Source of the DNA: Vicugna vicugna
Taxonomy: Eukaryota
Reading direction: 5' to 3'
Assembly: GCA_013265495.1 (NCBI GenBank)
Contig: MU058463.1
Location: 1,449,523 to 1,513,522 of the forward strand
DNA: 64,000 nt
Shown: positions 36,572-51,539 of the stretch, one piece after another
Position numbering within the stretch: position 1 is the first letter of the stretch
Layout: each line of letters starts with the position of its first letter
The notes under the pieces: generated by a model
What the model saw: the letters and a program-made list of their open reading frames with translations, nothing else
What the model was told of the DNA's origin: nothing
Database searches by the model: none
Translations under genes and position numbers: made by a program

Positions 36572-37998
36572 TTGGTCAATTAATTTTTGACAAAAGAGGA
36601 AAGAGCATACAATGGAGTAAAGACAGTCTCTTCAGCAAATGGTGCTGGGAAAACTGGACAGCTGCATGTAAATCAATGAAGTTAGAACACTCTCTCACAC
36701 CATACAGAAAAATAAACTCAAAATGGCTGGACGACTTAAACATGACACTATAAAGCTCTCAGAAGAAAACATAGTCAAAACATTATCTGATAAATCTTAG
36801 CAATGTTCTCCTAGGGCAGTCTACACAAGCCATAGAAATAGAATCAAAAATAAATGAATGGGACCTAATTAAACTTATAAGCTTTTGCACAGCAAAGGAA
36901 ACCATAAGCAAAACAAAAAGACAGTCTACGGAATGGGAGAAAATATTTGCAAAAGATGAGACTGACAAAGGCTTAATTTCCAGAATATATAAATAGCTCA
37001 TACAACTTACTAAGAAAAAAAAATCTAATCTAAATATGGGAGGCAATATATATAAGCAATAAAAACAAGCAATTCTCCAATGAAGACATACAAATGGGCA
37101 ACAGGCATATGAAAAAATGCTCAATATTGTTAATAATCAGAGAAATGCAAACCAAAACTACAATGAGGTATCACCTCACACCAGTCAGAATGGCCATCAT
37201 TTAAAAAGTCCACAAATGATAAATGCTGGAAAAGGTGTGGAGAAAAGGAAACCCTCCTACACTGTTGGTGGGAATATAGTTTGGTGCAGCTGTTATGGAA
37301 AACAGTGTGGGGATTCCTAAGAAGACTAAAAACAGACTTACCATATGATCCAGCAATCCCACTCCTGGGCATATATCTAGAAGGAACCTTAATTTAAAAA
37401 GATACATGCACCCCAATGTTCATAGCAGCACTATTTACAGTAGCCAAGACATGGAAACAACATAAATGTCCATCAACAGATAACTGGATAAAGAAGTTGT
37501 AGTGTATTTATACAATGGAATACTACTCAGCCATAAAAAATAATAAAATAATGCCATTTCCAGCAATATGGATGGACCTGGAGATTGTCATTCTAAGTGA
37601 AGTAAGCCAAAAAGAGAAAGAAAAATACCATATGATATCACTCACATGTGGAATCTGAAAAAAAAAAGACAAATGAACTTATTCTCAAAACAGAAACAGA
37701 CTTACAGACATAGAAAACAAACTTATGGTTCACAGGAGGGAGAGGGTGGGAAGGGACAAATTGGGAGTTCAAGATTTGCAGATACTAACTAGTACATATA
37801 AAATAGATAAACAACAAGTTCATACTGTGTAGCACAGGGAACTGTGTTCAGTATCTTATAGTAACTTATGGTGCAAAAAATATGAAAATGAATATATGTA
37901 TCTTCATGTATGACTAAAGCATTATACTCTACACTGGAAATTGATACCACATTGTAAAGTGACTATACTTCAATAAAAATATATATATATATACATTA
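36572..37998 (+). mobile_element. Young 5'-truncated LINE-1 (camelid-like 3'UTR)
   Basis: ORF2 peptide [24 protein letters not shown], and a 3'UTR with a G-tract and AATAAA. TSD aaaa(t/g)tatacc at 36561-36571 and 37999-38009, at a TTTTT/AAAA endonuclease site. Confidence 0.95.
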
Positions 37999-38009
37999 AA
38001 AAGTATACC

Positions 38010-38680
38010 AACTAATAATTGAAAGAATTATAACAACATTCTGCTATGTCCAAAGAATCAACAGATCAAAGCATTGGGCATGAATGACTACTAACATAAA
38101 AATAAAAATGTGAAAACTAGAAATTATATGCCTCTGGATGAATGAACAAACCATCACATATAAACTTGCCAAAGGGGTCAAACCTGAGTCTGATCAAGCG
38201 TCTGAGTCCAGATATAGGAAACAGAGGGCAGAATAATTTGTTGAACTACACTCTAGGTTTGAAATTGGCAAAATCTAGGATGTATGAACTCTATAATCCA
38301 ATAATCCAAGTTCTTGAATGGATAAACTATAAGGAAAATGAGTGAACAAACATGAAGGCTATAAATTAAAAGAAATATCAAATTAAAAGTAAATGGCAAG
38401 AGTAAACTTTAGAGTGTAAGAATGTACAACTGTGTGATAAAATATAAAGAAAAGTGCAGAAGTGATCAATATAATTGTGAGTTTTGGAGAGGAGAAGGCT
38501 GTGATTGGGATGGAGCAAATAGAGCATTTCTGGGGTAGCTCAGAGAATGCTGTAGCTGGCATCATTCTCATGTGACAATCTGGGTGGTGATTACAAATGT
38601 GTCCAAACTAAAATAATTGATGAAGCTATATATTAATTTTGGATGGCTTATTTAAGTTTCACTTTATAATAAAGATGTGA
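38010..38680 (+). mobile_element. L1MC4/5-like 3' region (host of the young L1)
   Basis: tcaaacctgagtctgatcaagc..ggcaaaatctaggatgt..tctgggtggtgattaca. Confidence 0.7.
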
Positions 38681-41600
38681 AAACCAAAGAACAAAAGCAA
38701 AACAAATAAAGGAAAACAGATCCTGAGAATCTGTTATGGATAAGCCTTCCTGTAAGCACGGAGGTACAAAGTTGATTACCATGGTCACAGCCTTTAAGGA
38801 GCTGACTGATGAAATGAAAACACTGGTGGATAATTTAGATGTGGCAGATGTGTTCATTATCTTGATCTTGGTAATCATTACACTGTACATCTTAAATATA
38901 TACAATAACATTTGTCAAAAATACAAATAAATAAATAGGTACATGATCTCGTGCTTGCAATAGTGGAAATAACCTGTTATCAGAGCACTTAGTCCAGGCT
39001 CAGATATAGAATCTTAACACTTCCTGGGTAAAATGACACCTGAACTGAAAAGGAATTACCTAGGAGAATGTCTAGAGGGATATTCCAAACAGAAGTAAGA
39101 GCAAAAAGAAAAAGAAAAAAAAAGACAGCATGGTACATAGAAGTCACATAGAAAGCCCTAACTGGAGCATAAAAGATGAAGTGGGAAAAGAACAAAGAGC
39201 ACATACTTATTTGAAATAAAAATTTCAATATGACCTATAAAATGAATTTATATGTGCACTTCCTATTTCCCAAGACATTAATGCAAAATTACATCCTGTA
39301 ATGACACAAATAGCTCAGTATTGCACAATGCAATTGTATCTGGCCATAGGCTTTTCAACAAACTAATAATCCAATCAGTTCTTACAACTGCAATAATGAT
39401 CATGTGATGGACATTTCCAAATAACCTAGACCCAGTCCAATTACGTTGGCAATTTTAGAGGCAACATTAGATTAAGGTGCTAGCAAAATAATCTATATTT
39501 TCATACTCTGTACACAAATAGCCAAATGAGCATGGCATACAACATAAGCCTGTATTTCAACTGAATTTGTTATTGTGATAGTTTTTTTGGTGCAACATTG
39601 CAGAGTCTAGCTTCTAAGTAGTTACTGAAACTAACAAGATTTTCACATTTATAATACAGATTCCCTGCAATATAAATAAATGTAAATTCATCATTTGGCA
39701 AATATTTAAGTGATACTGGTCCCCTATGCTGAAACCTGAAATACTCACCTAACTGAACATACTAAATGTAATGTGCTGTTACAGGAAAAAAGCATGATGT
39801 CCAGGGATTACCTCATTCTCTAGTATAAATCAAGTGAAGAGTTCCAGAGAACCTAGAGCATGGCATGTCACTATGAAAACATAAGTCAGGTAAGATAATA
39901 TTTTTGGTAAGAGCACAATATGAAGAAGCAACTGTTACATAAAGATATTTTCAAAGGCATATTGATTGACAATTACTAAATACAGATTTTTATCTACCAA
40001 AACACAGATAATGAAGAGATATACAATGAAAAGAAGTTATATTGCATGTGTCTGGGGCCAACAAAATCCTAATGATGGACGTCAGACAATCACGAACAAA
40101 CTCTGATCCTTTGTCCACGGAATCTAATAAGAAATATGCTTATTGGCATGTTTCTTTCATAACATCATGAAATCCATCATTTAAAAATCCCTTCTTCCTA
40201 GACTGAGTCATAGAAATAAATTTAAATGTTGCTTTATCCTTTTTAAATAAATTGTCAGCAAGCAAAATATCAGTCAATAAATAGCAAAACAAAGGTAAAG
40301 ACCAGTCTTTAATTATGTTCAAGACTTCTTTATGCTAGAGGGGTGGGACCAACATGATTAACAGTGAAAGTAAATCCATCCTGTCTTTGGAAAGAAAAAT
40401 TAGTTAAGCGGCATAAACTACCAATGATATTTAAAAAATAACTGTTCTAGGAGAACCACTGTTTTAGTAAGATAGTATTTTCTTTTTAATGGGTGAAGAA
40501 AATATTCATTTTTCTTTCACCAGCAAAGTACCTTGTAAAAAAGAGCATATTACAAAAGGGATATGAGGCATAGGCTACATCTCTCTTATTCTTAATATCA
40601 TTTATTAATTTGTGCAGGACCTCTTTCTCTCCTTTAAACATTTACTAAACAGAGCTGTTGTGTTCAGAATTGATTTTGCTGTCTCAGCCGCATTAGGCTG
40701 AGATGCTTTTTGGCTTTCATCTGAATGAACAATTTCCTAGTTAGACACACTGGATTTGGATTTGGGTCAATAAAAGCTTTACTGTTTCCTTTCTCTTTCC
40801 TCTTAGAGCTCACAAAAGAGACCTAAATTCTATTCATCTTTTCACTTGCCACAGTGGAATCTTTAGCAATGCAATTATGGCTTGAATGAAGAAACATAGA
40901 GAGAAATTGGCAGAGAAACAAATAGGAATTCTCTATGCCCCACGCTTGCACCCCTGAAGATCAGTTACCTCTGAGTATGCATGTAAATTTGTCTAACTTT
41001 AAGTATTTGTTTTTGCTATGCTTTGGGAGCATAAATCCTTATCAAAAGTTTTATGTAATCCTACTGAATCTCATGTGGCTTACTCAAGTTATTTGCAAGG
41101 ACGCCAGTTTGATTGGATCTTGGTGTTTAAATTTAAAAGATTTTGAATGGATTGAGTCAAGGAGTTCTTTTTCCAACTTTGAATGGTATCACTTATAGTG
41201 ACCAAGTATTAAAAAGTCAGAATTTTAAAGTATACATAAGCATTTATAAAAATTATTTTTGAAATGTCCACCCGATTTTACTTTGATATAAGTAACCATG
41301 AACATTTGTATATTGTTAGTAACTTACTTACATAAGTTACTAACAATAAGAACCATGAAATATTGCATCATTTTATCTGATGCACTTGAACTGAAAATAA
41401 CCAGTCCTAAACTATCAACAATAAATGAAAAACATGTTATGAGCCAAATATATTGTAATTACAGAAAGGATGGTACATAGTTCCTAAGGAGGAAGTATGG
41501 CCATTGTGTTAATAAGCCCAGTGGTTCCAAAGCTCAAGTACCAACTGATGCTCCTCTCCACTCTACTCCATTTAACTCCAGGGGTTGTACCAGCAACACT

Positions 41601-41899
41601 TTTTGGCTCACATATTCATTGACTCTTAACAGATGCTTTATCTGCACAAGACATGAATAAAATATTGACTTATTTTCTCTGTTTCAAATTCCTTTTAAAA
41701 TGTCTTTCTAGTGGCATAAATAATAATAATAAAAAGGCTATGGAATATTCAATAGGAAAGAATCAACTAGAAGAAGACAGAGAAATAGGTAAGTATAAAA
41801 AACTCGACACGTCAATGGGAAAATATAACATTGAACAATTGATACTGAATGATCGATACATGCAATACATGCTCAGGAATAAACAGAAGTAACAAAAAA

Positions 41900-42185
41900 C
41901 CAAATGAATTCATCTTTTCAGCACACATTTATTGTAGAGCTATTCTACATCAAGCAATCAATGAACAAAACGGTCTCGGGTTTCTGCCTACATGCTACAT
42001 GGCCCTTACATTCCAGTGAGGAGAAGACAGGTAATGTACAAAAACAAGCAAACTATGTAGCATGCCAGACATTGATGTGCACAATAGGAAGAAAAATAGA
42101 GAAAAAGAAGAATACAAAAGGGATGGCTTGGTAGAGATTAGCATTGAACTGCATGCTGTGGTCTTTACTGAGCAAAACACCTGAC
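41900..42185 (-). mobile_element. L2 3' fragment
   Basis: ttcagcacacatttatt..atgaacaaaacggtc..gcccttacattccagtgaggagaagacag. Confidence 0.6.
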
Positions 42186-43079
42186 AGATGTTTATTCCTA
42201 AATTTTATTAGACACTAAAAAAAATATACCCCAGTGTAAAATTCACCGTATCTATAAGCATAATTTCCTAGGATGAGATTATATCCATGAAAAGGGTTGG
42301 AAAATATAAAGATGAAAAAATACAAAACTCTTGCTTGAGAAGTGAAATTTATTATTCTGTTTCTACCATATTTTAGGACTGTTAGATTACTCATATGAAT
42401 CAAATGCAAGTAAAAGATCATAAATATTAGGTTGAGAAATACAGACCAATGAGTATCAATTTGTTCCCTGACAAACACATGGAGGCTATATTAATGGATG
42501 GGCCAAAGAAAGAAACATAATAGGTATATAAAAAAGACAAAAGGTTTGTCTAAGAAAAACAAACCATGCTTAAGCTGTATGGATTCTTCCAGAAATAACT
42601 AAGCATATGACTGGGAAGAAATCAGTGAAAATGACTTGTTCAGACTTTCAGAAGACATATAATATAATTCCACAAGAAAGATAATTTTTAAAGGAGATGT
42701 AAAAAGAAATTTTTTTACAGATTCAGAATTAACATAGGATACTGAGATGAGAGTAAAGGATTTTTCTTAAGATATAAATAACTAATCAGTGAGAGTCCCC
42801 TGAGCTTATGCAACTAATAAGGAAAGAGTGTGCAACACAATCCCCGTGTTATCATCGGCACGAAGCCGTTCTGGGTCGTGAGATGTCAAGTTGATGGAAA
42901 TAAAGCCATCAACTCATATTCAGTAACAGTTACTGAGCACCTCCCATGTGCAGGGCTAATACTAAGTATTAAATTACAAAGATATTTTAAAATATGTTTC
43001 CTGCATTGATACAGTCATCGGCCAGGTGGTTAGGACTGTGATGTAAAGAATTATAATGTCAAGTGCTAAGCATGTGTGA

Positions 43080-43082
<3 letters not shown>

Positions 43083-43130
<48 letters not shown>
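43083..43130. repeat. (AT)n microsatellite
   Basis: About 24 perfect AT units. Confidence 0.97.
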
Positions 43131-43133
<3 letters not shown>

Positions 43134-43703
43134 TATGTTGTCTTGAAACCATATAACTCAGGCTAGGAGTGAAGAGGTGATCCTCAGACCAAAGACTCCT
43201 TCAATTCAAAGCCACGCATTCTCTCACTACTAACAGCTGAAAGTACATATGGATGGGGAGTCAGAGGACATTCTAGGAAGAGAAATTGGCTTCAAAAAAT
43301 GACACAGAGATGAAAAAAAATGCACTTCAAGGAATATGGAACATTCATGCAGTCGGTGTTAACTTTCTGAGAGCCCGCTATGCTAGGATTTTACAAAGAT
43401 GAACAAGAGTTTTAGCTCTCCAGGCTCAGACGGGAGAAAGAGATGAGAGAAGATATTATCCTGGCATATTGCCATGAGCATATTTATAAAGAAATGCACT
43501 GAATACAAGGATGGCCGAAAGGATGAAATGATCGTCTCTGCTTGGGAAATGTAGATAGGCTCCTCAGGGTGTTCTTGATTTAGATTTTGAGAGATGACTT
43601 AGAATTCCAACATGGGAAGCAAAGGGGATATTTGAGGGAGCAACAGTTTTCAAAAGCACAAACAAATGAATCATTTGGAAGTATTAGAGAAAGTTTGGAT
43701 AGG

Positions 43704-44268
43704 TTTTTTTCTATTTTCTTTGAAGTATAGCTGATTTACAGTGTTGTGCTGGTTTTAAGCGTACAGCAAAGTGATTCAATTATATATACATTATATATAT
43801 ATAAAATAGTCTTTTACAGATTCCTTCCCATTATAGGTTATTACAAGATATTGAATATAGTTCCCTGTGCTATACAGTAGGACCTTGTTTTTTTTATCTA
43901 TTTTATATATACTAATGTGTATATATTAATCCCAAACTCCTAATTTATCACTCACTCCTCTTTCCCCTTTGGTAACCATCAGTTTTTTTTCTACGTCTGT
44001 GAGTCTGTTTCTGTTTTGTAAATAAGTTCACTTGTATCATTTCTTTAGATTCCATATGTAAGTGATATCTGTGATATGTGTCTTTCTTTGACATACTTCA
44101 CTTAGTATGATAATCTCTATGTCCATATATGTTGCTACAAAGGGCACTATTTCATTCTTTTTTATGGCTAAGTAATATTCCATTGTGTGTATTTATATAC
44201 ACACACACCCCACACCTTTTCTATCCATTCATCCTTCAGTGGACACTTGGGTTGCTTCCATGTCTTGC
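43704..44268 (-). mobile_element. LINE-1 3' end (cetartiodactyl-type)
   Basis: tgaagtatagctgatttacagtgttgtg..tattgaatatagttccctgtgctatacagtaggacc..ttgcttccatgtcttg. Confidence 0.92.
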
Positions 44269-46057
44269 TTAGGTGATTTTTTAATGGTTAAAACAGAAGG
44301 TACATGTGATACAACTGGACAGAAGACTTGTGAAGGGCTTTGCTGCCATATTAAATGTTCTAATTTGCCTGGAACATTAATTTTATGTAAAGAAAGCATA
44401 AAAGATACCATCAGAAAATTGATAAGTACCAAATTTTGAAGGACCCTGAATACTAAAATAAATATTTCATCCATTATTTGGAAATCAAGGAAAATTCATA
44501 GAAAGATTTTCAGTCAGCAATTTTAGACTGTTGCTTTTAGAAAATTTAGTTGATGGCAATGTCCAGGATTGTTTGAAAAAGGAAAAATGGCTGTACCTGT
44601 GAGGATAGAATTAAAGGAAACTTATAAGAGTGATAAAGAATCAAAATTAAAATGTTACAAGTTATCACAGATGACTCCAAGCTGTAGAGAAAAACATAAC
44701 TGTTCTTAAAACAACTAAGAATATGAGAACTAATATTAGAGAAACAAAGCATTATGAATACTCAGGATGAAATCTGGTTTACATACTATTTGGTAAACAT
44801 TTACAAAATAAGAAGTGAAATAATGTTACCTTTTATCCATATTACAATGTAACTTTTATTTTATATTCCTTATGAAATTTTTTTCTGCTTCTATGACTCT
44901 TTCAAATAAACCTTTGGAAGTTCCAGTCTCCACGCAGCTCTTTCGTGTCCAGCATCCTAAAACTGATAATAAAAATCATGAAAACAGGCTCCTAGCAGCT
45001 TGTGCTGGTCCCTTCCCAGCTGTTCTTTCTCTTCTCAGCACCTTAGGATGTGGTACTGGCAACAGATCAGTCTAGGAAATAGCCTTTACTTCCCATGATC
45101 TTAGCTCTCCTGATTCTACGACTAGAACACATGTTCATCCAGGGGAAAAATAAAATTAAGACGTGGGAGTATATTTCCTTATGTGCTTCCATTTGCACTG
45201 ACCTTCATCATAGACGTATTTGCCTGCTCTAGACAGAACCACTAGCTCTAAGAGTCTAAGACAATAAGCTGATGAATCAAGACCTGAGACCCTGCACAAG
45301 GATGCCTTCACTGAAGGACATATTCCAGCAAACACTGTAGCTTTCCCTCCCACTGCCTTTCTCTTTGCCTTGCCCTTCAGCGTGGTGCAGACTGTTCATT
45401 TGCATTCGGTAGAAAATTCAGTCTTGCTCTGAATCAGTACAAAAAAGGACTTTAATACAGGTGTTACTGGTAGAAGGTAGGTTTTCATTTCTATTATTTG
45501 TATTTACCTTCCTTTCTGCCCAAGGGTAGGTTTTATACAATTTATCATCTATTCTAATGACAGTTGATAGTAAAAGAAATGCAATTAATAATTATCTTGG
45601 GCCATCAAGTATAGAGGAGGACTTGGGACATAGGATTACCCAACTGAATGAGATTTTCTACCAACCACTTCTCTGAGCTCTCTACAGAGTGGCTATAGGA
45701 GGTGAGAGTGAGGAAAGTCTTTGGAGATTTTAAAAACACTGAATTTGAAATGATTCAAGGACTTTGATAGGTTGAGTAGAGGCTTATGTTTCTCTAATGA
45801 ATACGGTGTTTTCTCTTTCTCTTCTATGTCTTATTATTCCTTGAAATAATTTTCGTCTGTGTTATCTACTTCACTATTCTCTCTCTTTTGGTCGTCCAAA
45901 ACTTGAAGTCTTCATTTTAGCCTTTATTACCACACTATAAGCGTTCAGAACCCTTGACCCCATTTTAAATTTTATTATTTTAGCAGTATGTATCATTTAG
46001 GAAGTTTCAGAATTCTGTTTACTTATAGTACACTAGAGTCCATCTGTTTTTAAACTC

Positions 46058-46092
46058 TTTCTCTCTCTCTCTCTCTCTCTCACTCAAGCACA

Positions 46093-46128
<36 letters not shown>
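46058..46128. repeat. Compound (CT)n(CA)n microsatellite
   Basis: Read directly from the sequence. Confidence 0.95.
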
Positions 46129-46129
<1 letters not shown>

Positions 46130-46484
46130 CTGGTGGGAGCAATTAATCACCATACAATATGCTCTAGTTCTTTCTGTAACATTTAGGTTAAGTAAACCTA
46201 ACAATACCATTTAATCACTACTATGCCCAACTTGGCAGGCAATTATTAGTCATTCTTTGTGTACCTTGGAGGCATTGAAGTGTCATTGGAAAAATATTTA
46301 CTAAACTGAAATTTAAAACTTATTCAATGAAGAATACAAATTGAATGTACACACGATATTAATTCTACTAAAGTTGTAAATAGTAACAAAGAAACAAAGG
46401 TATAATCACTGCCAAAAAGAACTTATAACTCATGTCTAAATTTAAAAATACAAGCTTAAAAGTTATATAAGAATACACATTGAT

Positions 46485-48635
46485 ATATCTGAACCACTTT
46501 CTTACACCATATACAAAAATAAACTCAAAACGTGTTAAAGACTTAAATGTAAGACCTGAAACCATAAAAATCCTAGAAGAAAGCATTGGCAACCAGCTCC
46601 TTCACGTTAGTCGTAACAATATTTTTTTGGATCTGTCTCCTCAGGCAAAGGCAACAAAAGTAAAAATAAACAAATGGAACTACATTAAACTAAGTAACTT
46701 TTGCACATCAAAGGAAACCAGCAACAAAACCAAAGGGCAACCTACTGAATAAGAAAAAGTATTTGCAAATCCTATATCTAATAAGGAGTAAATATCCAGA
46801 ATATATAAAGAACTAATACAACTCAATATCAAAACATAAATAATCCAATTTAAAAAATGGGCAGAGGACCTGAACAGACACTTTTCCAAAGACATACAGC
46901 TAGCCAATAGGCACATGAGAAAATGCTCAACATCACTATTAATCAAGGAAATGCAAATCAAAACCACAGAGAAGTATGATCCAAGTGAAAGAACAAGATA
47001 AAACTCTGGACAAAAAATTAAACAAAGATAAGTAATGGACCTGATAAAGAATTCAGAGCAATGGTCATAAAAATGCTCACTGAACTCAGGAGAAAAATAA
47101 ACAAACAGAACTTCAACAAAGAACTAGGAAAAAAAAACAATTAGAGCTAAAGAATACAAATAACCAAAATGAAAAATACACGAAATGGAATTAATAGCAT
47201 ATTAGATGCAGAAGAATGCATAAGTGACCTGGAAGACAGAAGAGTGGAAATCACCCAATCACAACAGCAAAGAGGAAAAAAACTATAAAATGACGATAGT
47301 TGAAGGGACCTCTGCAATATCAAGCACACCAGTATCTGCAATACAAGGGTCCCAGAAGAAGAGGGAGAGAAAAAGGCAGCAAGGGTATTTGATGAAATAA
47401 TGTCTGAAATTGTCCTAACCTGAAAACAGAAACTGATATCCAGGTGCAGAAAGCACAGAGAGTCCCAAACAAGATGAACCCAAAGAGACCCACCTGAAAC
47501 ATAATTAAAACGGCAAAATTTAAATGGAAAAATTTAAAGGCAGCAAGAGTAAAGCAATGAGTTACATACAATGGAGCCCCCATAAGGCTTTCAGCTGATT
47601 TTTCAGCAGAAACTTTGCAAACCAGAAGAAAGTAGCATGATACATTCAGATAGAGGAGTGGATTGAGATGTGGTATACATGTACAAGGGACTATTACTCA
47701 GCCATTAAAAAAGAATGAAATTTTGCCATTTGTAACAATATTGATGTACCTGGAGGGTTATACTAAGTGAAATAAGTCAGACAGAGAAAGATAAATAGTG
47801 TATATTATCACTTAAATATGCAATCTAAAAAATGAGACAAAAAAATAAAACAGATACAGAAAACAGTGGTTTCCAGAGAGGAGTGAGATAGTGGGAGGGA
47901 CAAAACAGGAGAAGAGGATTAACAAACTATTAGGTATAAAATAAGTAAGTTACAAGTATGTAATGTACAGCACAGGAAATATAGCCAATATTTTATAATA
48001 ACTTTCTATGAAGTATAATCTATAGAAATATTGAATTACTACGTTGTACACCTGAAACTAACAAATATTGTAAGTCAACTATATACTTCAATAGAAAAGA
48101 TGTGAGATATACATATAACTATACACACACACGCACACACATATATATATAATGGACTATTACTCACCCACGAAAAAGAATGAAATCTTGCCATTTGTGA
48201 CAACATGGATGCACCTAGAAGGAATTATGCTAAGTGAAATGTCAGGCAGAGAAAGACAAACATCATATGATTTCTCTCTTATATATGGAAGATATAAAAC
48301 AAACAAACAAAACAAAACAGAAATAGGTTCATAAATGCAGAAAAGAAGCTGGTGGTTGCCAAAGAGAAGGAAAATAGAATGAAATAGGTGAAGGGGATTA
48401 AAAAGCACAAACTTCCAGCTATATAATAAATAAGTCACGGGGATGTAATATACAAAAGGTAGTATAGTCAATAATATTGTAATAACTGAAAAATAGTGGC
48501 AGGTGGTAACTACACTTATCATGGTAACTACACTTATCTTGGTAATCATGTCTTAATGTATATTAATGTCAAATCACTAAGTTGCTCAGCTGGAACTAAT
48601 ATAACATTGCAATTCTATTATACTTCCATTAAAAA
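46485..48635 (+). mobile_element. Composite/nested LINE-1: ORF2 piece, ORF1 piece and two different 3' ends
   Basis: ORF2 peptide LTPYTKINSK..DLNVRPETIKILEE, ORF1-like sequence at 46968-47645, and 3' ends finishing near 48095 and 48635. Outer TSD aagaatacacattgat (46469-46484) / aagaatacatatcaat (48636-48651). Confidence 0.9.
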
Positions 48636-49369
48636 AAGAATACATATCAATTAGGAGAAAATACATAAAATCTAAATAAAGGTTTTTAGCACTATGGGTC
48701 ATATAGGGAATGCCTTAAGTTTTCTGTTTGTTGTTTCTGGTATTAAGAGATGAAAAAAGGAGAACAAATATCCAGTCAGTTTATAAGAGAAGAAGTACTT
48801 TGATCAGAAAGCAGGCAATACTTTAGGGTTGGTCAGCAGAGTGTGACCACAAATATTTTAAGGCAGTGGAAATCTATGTCACTTAGCAAAGTAAAGCTGC
48901 TCAGCCAACAGGAAGTAAGACACATCCTTAGGAGCAGCCCTTGGGGTAAGAAGTCATCGGGCAGTAAAGTTCCCGCTGCAGTGTAACCACTTGGGGGGGA
49001 AGAACCATGAAGATCCAGGTCCTCCCTTCTGACAGCATGGCGGCGTGGGACACTAGTGCTCGTTCTGCTTTCTCCTGTGACACCTGGGGCTTCCTTTTAA
49101 ACTCATGCTGATCCCCTCTGGAGTAGAGGACCAACTATAGAGGGAGACTGGCTGAAATCAAGATATGGCCCAAGAAACATCACTAATGTTACTCCATCAC
49201 CAGCCACATGTAGCCTGTGAGATTATCTTGCCCAAAGAACAGAAGAGAGACAGTGGGGAGATGAGAAAATGGAGTCACTGCTGCTGAATGGTTCTGTGTG
49301 TGCTATTAAGTGCTTCGTTAAACTGATGTGTGTGGTTGGCTTAAAGGAAACTATATACATTTATTTTTG

Positions 49370-49530
49370 TTCCTCAAGCTGTGTCCTGTAGAGCAACACC
49401 AGCATGCCCTGGTTGCTCATGAGGAATCCAAATTATCAAGCTATATCCCAGACATACAAATCAGAATCTGCATTTTAAAAAGGATGCTCAGATAATTCAT
49501 ATTCATACTAAAGTTTGAAGGATGCCGATC
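49370..49530. mobile_element. MER5A-like MITE
   Basis: cccagacatacaaatcagaatctgcattttaa..gataattcatattcatactaaagtttgaag. Confidence 0.7.
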
Positions 49531-49831
49531 TTTCGACCTCAAGGGACAAGTCAAAGCTCAGAGAAATCAGTATAACACAGGCAGTTCGTGATCAAGGGAG
49601 ACAGTCCCAGAATCATGCATAAGCAGGGAATATCTCATCACTTCATTTGCAGCTTTCTATCCTCTGACACCTTTAATAAAGAAGTCTAAGGAAATTAAGG
49701 ACAGCCTAAGAGGATTCCTCCAGTGGACTGAGGAAAGGATTTTTCAGCCAGTGGCATAGGAAGCAAAATACATTTACAGTAATTTAAACCACTTAAGAAA
49801 TGTTTGAGGAAGGAAAATTGTGTCATCAGAT

Positions 49832-50189
49832 TGCCTTAGTCAGCTTGGGCTACTATGATAAAATACCACAGATAGAATGGCTTAAACAACAAATATTTAT
49901 TTCTCACAATTCTGGAAACTGGGAAGTCCAAGACAGAGGTACCGGCAGATTCAGTTTCGGGAAGGGTTCTCCTCAAGCCTTGGAGAAGGTCACCCTTCCA
50001 CAGAGGAGGAGAAAGCTCTAGTCTCTCCTCCTCTTTCAAGAACACTAACTCCGTCGTGGGGGCCTCATCCTCATGACATCACCTGAACCTAACTACATCC
50101 CGACAGCCCAGACTCCTAATACCATCACAGTGAGGGTTAGGGCTTCAACACATAAATGCTGGTAGGATATAAACATTCAGTCCATAACA
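49832..50189 (-). mobile_element. MLT1A/MLT1A0 solo LTR (ERVL-MaLR)
   Basis: TG..CA termini; ggcttaaacaac..atttatttctcacaattctgga..gaagtccaaga..aacattcagtccataaca; 5-bp TSD cagat/cagaa. Confidence 0.9.
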
Positions 50190-51539
50190 CAGAACGTGCT
50201 GAGATGATCACTATCACTAAAGAAAATATTTGTCTTCTTAGACAAATACAAAAACAAAAATATCATAGATCAATTTCAACTCAATTTAGCAATATAGATA
50301 AATGAACATATGAATTTCCTCTAATTCTATCAAAAATTCCTTTGAAATTATTAAGGAAACATAAAAATAGATGCAAGCAACAGCAGAATTAGAAATCCCA
50401 GAAGGGTGCTCTCAGCTGACGAGAGGAGTGAAGAATTTCTGGAATGTACAAAGGCAGACCAGGCCAGAATGATGCCACAAATGTACAAAGGAGAGGAACA
50501 CACAAATCCACATGCATATTATACAAAGAAGCTCCATGAGACGTAAACGCCAAGTCACCACACGATCAGAGGCAGTGCTGGCTGGGGAAGTGAGTGAGCT
50601 GTAGCTATTACGTGGAGGTAAAAATCGGAAGAGTTTCTACCAATGTCAGAATTGCTCTTGAGTAAAACCTGGCATTGAGTTCTCCAAAGAGAACGGAGTT
50701 TTCTTACAGACTATGCAACCATAAGTTGAGTGATTGAGCTAGAAAATCAAGGCAGTGCCTCAAGTGTTTAGAAACGATCAAATAAAAATAAAGCAGTAAG
50801 AGGACTAATCATAGACAAATAAAAGCAATAGCTGGCTCTTTGAAAAGTCTAGAACAACAGACCAAATGTCTGCCTCGTCAGAAAAGTTGGAGAGTGCAAA
50901 CGGACAGCCTTAAGAGTGAAGCAGCCGCATCAGCACCAGCCTGCAACTGCTACCCCACCTCAGCAAGCAGAAGCGCTGACATCCTTTTCCCACAACAGTC
51001 ACTTTCTGTTGTCACTAAGTTTTTATAACCCTTTTAGTTTGCCAAATAAATCTCCTGATATCAGCTGTTTCATTTTTTAAGTTCATTTACATCCTATTTT
51101 TAATGACCTGTTGCCCTGCATCCTTCTTCCATCACCCTCTTCCAAAGTGTCCCTCTGCGAAACCACCCCTGCTGCAGTGCTCGGCACAGCTCACAATAGA
51201 GATCAGATGTGCACATACAACTACGTAGACTATGAGATTATTCCAACTAAACTGTATTACATGTTTCCATCTATACTTTCAGCCGTCCAGCTGTATGAAG
51301 AAGCTCCCTCTGCCAGTCCCTTCAGTGGTCATGCATTCCCAGCTTTCACCCTCACCCTCAGGCCCCTTGTCTCAACATGCTCTGACCTCACAGCAGATTT
51401 CTACACGTTCATCATCACAGAACAAGTCAGAGGTCATTATGAACACACCCCTGAATTCCTGTTTCCTGACCCATAGCTGCCCGTCTCTCCTCACCTGGTT
51501 TACCCTGTCGCAGAGGAAGCAGCTTCCAGGCCATTCATG

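Noticed and set aside
36541..37416. ORFs with reverse-transcriptase C-terminal motifs
   Set aside because: Frameshifted fragments of a 5'-truncated L1, not a functional gene.
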